DNA of 64,000 bases, taken from a virus. A program made the translations under genes and the position numbers. Under the pieces are notes generated by a model. The model was not told where the DNA came from. It did not search any database and saw nothing but the letters and a program-made list of their open reading frames with translations. The stretch lies in IMG/VR virus record IMGVR_UViG_3300030085_004590, positions 32,001 to 96,000 of that record; one strand, 5' to 3'. Within the stretch, counting starts at the first letter, position 1, and every line of letters starts with the position of its first letter. Positions 60,601 through 64,000 of the stretch are shown here, in pieces.

Positions 60601-60939
60601 TTACCAACAATAATTTCAGCTTCAGCAGGAGCTATGAGTTGGGCAAATGGTGTACAAACAATAATAGTAATACCAAGTGGTTCATCAATGACAGGTGTAC
60701 CAACATCTATGACAGATGGTTTTGGTGGAAGTACAGCAGGAGAATATGTATTATTACACTATATAGATGGCACAGCGGCACCTTTAGGGGGAACAACATC
60801 AATAATTCACACACTTGATGTTGATGGAACAAAAGAAGGTTTTGATAAGTGGCATGTAATAGGTGCAAAAGTAAATAGTAGTGCAACAAATATGAGAATA
60901 AAAATAGTACCAAGTAGTGGTTCATTAGGAGCGTTTTAA
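54628..60939 (+). CDS. Giant Ser/Thr/Gly-rich fibre/decoration protein with SGSxQI repeats and cadherin-like domains
   Basis: 2103 aa; many (V/I)SGS(S/A)QI repeats; PGSPSEGDLWW; ATDPEG, INENS, ATDSEG cadherin-like motifs. Confidence 0.75.
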   Translation: MATLIQSKQIEGVVTASVVTGEFQVSGSSQFTGSLSINGDVTATGAFIGDGSQLTFGGTGLVTGSSQISFTGLSGLPSGLVSGSSQINYSSIQNTPTFLPGDNVTITSGSNIITISSTGGGGGSNDSLNSFTASYYTDSASFDTRIDGINASGSGANWNVNLSNIPSGLVSGSSQITYSEIDSIPSGIISGSEQLPAGVVSGSIQVLGGTDIISGSQQITALGFISSSHTDITSLNSYTASNDINISNLESTTASLDTRITQLSNATGSYETIGRGIISSSEQFPSGILSGSAQITSLGFISESSVNTSLNDYTASNDINISNIHSTTASLEQRVGQIESNTGSYDDLTNISSLNAFTSSATIQLSNLESTTASLDTRITTEKDRIDNILSGANADYDQFVEIVDLVNSTDTENDTAFANHYTSSRQRDLSLEQFSSSIQTEVDGLSAATSSYLTSLDSGIISSSEQLPGGIVSGSSQLTGLGFLSGSLLPGTNITINSGSDGFFISSSAGGGSSVTVSDSAPGSPSEGDLWWKSNDGNLYVYYDGYWVISVDTTNALPSGVLSGSAQITALGFVSSSGDSTPAGTISGSQQITDLGFISSSDSTTSLNTFTSSIQTQVNGLSAATSSYLTSSGSVDFTDITSVPSGIISGSSQITALGFVSESGDSTPAGTVSGSSQLTASYDARYQLSGSSIPFDGNRIVSQEKLPTMFTSSFNPGTSGSVVDFLNAIFYPNTEPSITSGNQTISEYSASSAAIFTLEATDPEGQSLTFGTASDYTDDLVRVASNGVVTLNALAESSSFNTDLVGGSHGHTFTATATDTFNSTVEKDITIFVTPNAAPIFRETSVSGNQITNVTASLNESSSDGTLVKRIFFTDAESDTITIDSSSISPQAHFTITKSSTYVDITQNTGSLNYEVDPLYTFSISASDEHFQNSQDSDSISVLPISISVVDNATPTVNNQTLSSINENSSNGAAVGTISATDSEGNTITFTNFSLYRLELDNVLVSSGSYGGTSQLTDPHENPFQMDSSGNVTRKNGVFINSDLINEYQYTVEVRDAYNNNSNPAIVTIPIADDTPATVSDNWVVGPYIKESEESGVTIKTINYGINNDADYQSTQAGTWSSSNPAISINSGGGLTLGVDLSGSVTQSGDTLDSTITFTNSFGTTTTDNLSVVIVANHHPSASFTLQNSNLNTNLATTNTNLVSVSITDTESDTPYSASLSGTDAAKLNINYTNSNSSSLFIRANENLSAGTITYNLRVTDAYSEVSDYTGQTISINQADTGTLGGDTTSYLIESSRSGSVLRDASGFESGSASQLSVSYSGSDGTPSVQSFTSSNAAIAIDNSGSLTLAVDISGSATSSGDTISSDITFSDNYGNIGSGSLTVNVFANSHPSASFTNNSSVYNTNQATSSALMVSLTITDAESDTPFSMSLSGTDASKFNIVPQNSNTSSVQLTAASDFAGGTYSYTASIFDQFGETSQYEREITIAQANLGTLTTNGTFYIIESATSTAPIRTNSNGRTGTQGDLGVTYSPNYGSQVVQEFTSSNALIAVNSSGNLTVGTNISGSGNVSGDSISSNITWADQHGNVGSGSISVNVTTNNAPNVNTTSTSNLNTNQATGSATLLQLGINDAESDAIPNSALSFEGYNTTYFTPTINSSTMFLSVNNTSVPSGTYPYTASLQDVHGFSTRKVNGSFTIAQADTGTLTGDTSIYAVESALSGSVLRDATGFGNGNASDVDVSYSPSYGSPTVQSFTSSNAAIAISDSGAMTLAVDLSGSATQSGDTVSTTITFDDQYGNVGSGSVTLNVFSNQSPAAAFVSSSNYESDNATSGSDAGALTVTDTESNSPFTITLAGTDGGKFDVSGSSSPFEIQPTGSLTAGTYTINITVTDSYSESVTLSNQTITVDQSANNGEVYIYYSNAASDSALGSSYLAVMGADSVDGSTPPEVNGFTANSASPFFQMTGSIGDSSYSLAGGKTMTLAATISGSDLPTIISASAGAMSWANGVQTIIVIPSGSSMTGVPTSMTDGFGGSTAGEYVLLHYIDGTAAPLGGTTSIIHTLDVDGTKEGFDKWHVIGAKVNSSATNMRIKIVPSSGSLGAF
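55366..55763 (+). repeat. 41-nt exact direct repeat (55366-55406 and 55723-55763) within coiled-coil coding repeats
   Basis: tctaatttagaatcaacaactgcttcattagatacaagaat occurs twice (SNLESTTASLDTRI). Confidence 0.85.
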
Positions 60940-60954
60940 ATAGGAATATAAGAT

Positions 60955-61542
60955 ATGCCAAATTTAGGAGAAAAGTTAGGATTAACCTCAGGTGCAATTA
61001 CCGCCAAAACGGCGTTAGCTGATATTGATTATATTAGAGGTGCCTTTAAGGTATATGCATCATCTGATTTAGTTGGGATTTCTCCGAATTATTTTTCGGA
61101 TAAACAGATAATCTATGTCAAAGATAGTGGTTCATTATATCAAGCAGATGTTGTACTTGCAGATTTTATCACAGTATTTGAAGATTCTGTAACATTTAGA
61201 GCTTGGTCATTCGATAGTGGTTCCTTCGTAAGTGCATCATATAATGAAGCAACAGCACAACTTACTTTCTTTGGACAAGATATTGAAAATTCAACAAGAG
61301 TTTCAATGTCTATTGATTTATCTTCCTTGACAGGTTCAGGTGGAGGAGGTGGTGGTAGTGGTGATATTACTGCTGTTTTTGCTGGAGATGGATTAACTGG
61401 TGGAGCTTCAAGTGGTAACGCTACTTTAGAAGTAGATGCAGGATTAGGTATAAACCTAAGTGGTGGAGTAAATGTTGATACTGGTTCTAACCATTTTATT
61501 GGGGGAGTACAAAAAGTAGAAATTGATGGAGATACTTTTTAA
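60955..61542 (+). CDS. Hypothetical virion fibre-associated protein
   Basis: GGGGSGDITAVFAGDGLTGG motif, also present in the next ORF (GDITSVTAGDGLSGG). Confidence 0.65.
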   Translation: MPNLGEKLGLTSGAITAKTALADIDYIRGAFKVYASSDLVGISPNYFSDKQIIYVKDSGSLYQADVVLADFITVFEDSVTFRAWSFDSGSFVSASYNEATAQLTFFGQDIENSTRVSMSIDLSSLTGSGGGGGGSGDITAVFAGDGLTGGASSGNATLEVDAGLGINLSGGVNVDTGSNHFIGGVQKVEIDGDTF

Positions 61543-61561
61543 TCTAAAGTATCAACATTTT

Positions 61562-61614
61562 ATATTTATAATAGTAAATTGCACTATATAGTGCTTAAAA
61601 AAGGGTGAATACCC
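61562..61614 (+). promoter_or_regulatory. ATATTTATA motif followed by two hairpins
   Basis: Motif 61562-61570; palindrome GCACTATATAGTGC 61581-61594; GGGT-GAAT-ACCC 61603-61614. Confidence 0.65.
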
Positions 61615-61678
61615 GTTGAACAAATGATTCAAAGTAATAAAGGTAATTAATTAATTAACAAAAAGGAAAAATTTAGAA

Positions 61679-64000
61679 ATGGCACAAATTATTAAACATA
61701 GAAGAGGTAATCTTGAAGTCCTTAAAGATGCAACAACGAGAGCTGGTGAGCTTTTGGTTGTTACTGGTTCAAGTGGACTTGGAACGATTGCTAATGGAGC
61801 AAGTTTAGTATTTGTTGGTATTGATGGTTCAACGGCAACACCTGTAAACAAAATATTACAAGGTACAACCGTACCAGATTTGACTGGAGCATCCTACAAC
61901 ACCCATGTTGATGGTATTCCATTCTATGATACCGATGATAACAAACTTTATATCCTTAACAAAGGTGGAAACATCGAAGTAAAAGCATCACCTGAAACTG
62001 GTGGAACTGGTATCGTATCAGGTTCATCACAAGTTTCATCTTCATTTGAACAAGTAGGTAGTGGGATAGTATCAGGTGCGGCTCAAATAAACTCATTAAT
62101 AAACGATACAATAGCAGCAACAATTGTAGCAGAAATAGATAACGATGAAATACCAATTGCTAAATTAGCAGAAGATGCAATTACAATTAGTGGAACATCG
62201 GTAACTTTAGGTGGTGCAATAACTGACGAAACTTTATTCGGAGGAACAGGTGTAGTTACTGGTTCAGCACAAATAACAAACATAGCAAATTCACAATTAG
62301 CTGGTTCAATTGCTAATGCAAAGTTAGCAAATTCAGCAATAACAATTAGTGGAACATCTGTATCTCTTGGAGCTGCAATTACTGATGAAACTCTATTTGG
62401 TGGAACTGGTGTAGTATCTGGTTCAGCTCAAGTAGATGGAGCAAGTATAGCAAACAACTCTATTACAATTGCTGGTAACTCAACTGATTTAGGTGGTTCA
62501 GTTACTTTTGCAAATATAGCAAAAGGAACAGGTACAATATCTGGTTCGGCACAATTACTAAATGTTGCTACTGATTTTGGTACTGGTAGAGTAAGTGGTG
62601 AAGATTTTGGTGATGCAGCTGGAACATCTGATTTTACTGGTTCATTCATTGGTGATGGTTCTGCTCTTACTGGTGTAGCAAGTACATTAGATATTAGTGG
62701 TTCATCTGGTAATGGAACAGTAGCTTTAAAAACACAAGATTTAACAATAACTGGTACGGCAAATGAAATTGAAACTTCAGTATCAGGTCAAACAGTAACA
62801 ATTGGAATACCAACAAACCCAACACTTGGTGGTAATGTAACTGTAACTGGTAACCTTACAGTAGAAGGAACAACAACTCAAGTTGATTCTACAACCGTAA
62901 CAATCGGAGATAACATTTTAGAACTTAACTATGGTGGTTCTGCAAATACAAGTGGTATTTTAACAAAAGATGCAACTGGTGGTTCAACTGTATCTGGTTC
63001 ATTCTTATGGAATGCAACAAACGATAGATGGACAGCAGGAAAATTAGGTTCAGAATCAAATGTATTATTAGCAAATGGTGATGGAGTAGTTTCTGGTTCA
63101 TCTCAAGTTTTAGATATTTTAGCTTCACTTAACTCAGCAACTGGTTCTTACCTAACAACTGTTGATATTTCATCTGATACGAATTTAGCAGTTTCAGACA
63201 CTACTGAAGTTAATATGATTTTAACTGGTGATACTATCTCTGCTGAACTAATCGGTGGAGTTGTTTCAGGTTCTGGTCAAGTAGTATTACAAAGTGCTGA
63301 TAAAACTGGCTTTACAGGTGCTAGTTCTATCACAACTTTAGGTACTATATCAACTGGTACTTGGAATGGAACTGCAATTGATAAAACATATTTAGATGAT
63401 GAAGTACTAAACGCTTCTTTAAATGCGTTTACTGCAAGTAATGCAAATACATCTCTTAACTCAGCAACTGGTTCATACTTAACCGCAGCTGGAATATCAG
63501 ATGCTGCTTTCGATACAGGTTCTTCACCAGATTCACTTGTATTCTTTGATGCAACTGATAGTGGTGTTAAGAGAGAAGCAATCGCTGATTTCTTAGGTGT
63601 TATCGCAGGTGATAATATCTCAGTTTCAAATAATAGATTAAATGTAGAAGGTGGTGGTGATATTACATCAGTAACCGCTGGAGATGGTTTAAGTGGTGGT
63701 GGTACAACTGGTGATGTAACATTAGCAGTACAAGTTGATGATTCATCAATCGAAACCAATTCTGATACATTAAGAGTAAAGGCATTAGGTATAACAAATG
63801 CAATGTTAGCAGGTTCAATTGCAAATGCAAAATTATCAAACTCTGCAATAACTATTAGTGGTACTTCAGTATCATTAGGTAGTTCAATAACAGATGAAAC
63901 TTTATTCGGTGGAGTTGGTGTAATAACTGGTTCTGCACAAGTAGTATCTGCATTATCAAATCAGGCAACTGATTTCGGTACTGGAAGAGTAAGTGGTGAT
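61679..64000 (+). CDS. Repetitive fibre protein, 3'-truncated by window edge (absent from ORF track)
   Basis: Starts MAQIIKHRRGNLEVLKDATTRAGELLVVTGSSG; no stop noticed before the window end; repeats of AITISGTSVSLG..ITDETLFGG.GV..GSAQ. Confidence 0.8.
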   Translation, partial: MAQIIKHRRGNLEVLKDATTRAGELLVVTGSSGLGTIANGASLVFVGIDGSTATPVNKILQGTTVPDLTGASYNTHVDGIPFYDTDDNKLYILNKGGNIEVKASPETGGTGIVSGSSQVSSSFEQVGSGIVSGAAQINSLINDTIAATIVAEIDNDEIPIAKLAEDAITISGTSVTLGGAITDETLFGGTGVVTGSAQITNIANSQLAGSIANAKLANSAITISGTSVSLGAAITDETLFGGTGVVSGSAQVDGASIANNSITIAGNSTDLGGSVTFANIAKGTGTISGSAQLLNVATDFGTGRVSGEDFGDAAGTSDFTGSFIGDGSALTGVASTLDISGSSGNGTVALKTQDLTITGTANEIETSVSGQTVTIGIPTNPTLGGNVTVTGNLTVEGTTTQVDSTTVTIGDNILELNYGGSANTSGILTKDATGGSTVSGSFLWNATNDRWTAGKLGSESNVLLANGDGVVSGSSQVLDILASLNSATGSYLTTVDISSDTNLAVSDTTEVNMILTGDTISAELIGGVVSGSGQVVLQSADKTGFTGASSITTLGTISTGTWNGTAIDKTYLDDEVLNASLNAFTASNANTSLNSATGSYLTAAGISDAAFDTGSSPDSLVFFDATDSGVKREAIADFLGVIAGDNISVSNNRLNVEGGGDITSVTAGDGLSGGGTTGDVTLAVQVDDSSIETNSDTLRVKALGITNAMLAGSIANAKLSNSAITISGTSVSLGSSITDETLFGGVGVITGSAQVVSALSNQATDFGTGRVSGD

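Noticed and set aside
264-63848. Numerous 60-160 aa minus-strand and nested ORFs in the supplied track
   Set aside because: They are shadows of long + strand genes with clear motifs and have no recognisable features.
1-64000. Stop-codon reassignment, as in some large Bacteroidetes phages
   Set aside because: Code 11 gives dense, full-length genes for terminase, portal and capsid; no fragmentation.

Overview
AT-rich segment of a large T4-like (myovirus-type) dsDNA phage genome, standard genetic code, almost entirely + strand. The host is probably Bacteroidetes, based on a BACON-like domain, a lipoprotein with D-S/T-hydrophobic sequons and a phage bS21. In order: the end of a gp46/SbcC ATPase; rmlB/rmlC and a methyltransferase; a tail fibre and adhesin; a ~17 kb glycosylation/NDP-sugar cluster; a 1803-aa multidomain protein; the head module (terminase, portal, gp21 protease, many small internal-head-like proteins, bS21, scaffold, major capsid); neck genes; and giant Ser/Gly-rich structural proteins. 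Most interesting: (1) the 1803-aa protein reads as a capsid-packaged polyprotein whose modules (HxGH nucleotidyltransferase, Zn ribbon, HExxH peptidase, CCA-adding enzyme, RNA-ligase-like domain) are separated by gp21-type [LIM]-x-E sites, a candidate injected tRNA/RNA-repair kit, with the same grammar in neighbouring small genes; (2) bS21 among late genes that carry AAGGAG Shine-Dalgarno sites; (3) an ATATTTATA motif, the reverse complement of the T4 late promoter, in front of most operons; (4) a glycosylation cluster next to virion proteins saturated with S/T-G-S motifs. All family assignments are from motif recognition by eye; no searches were run.
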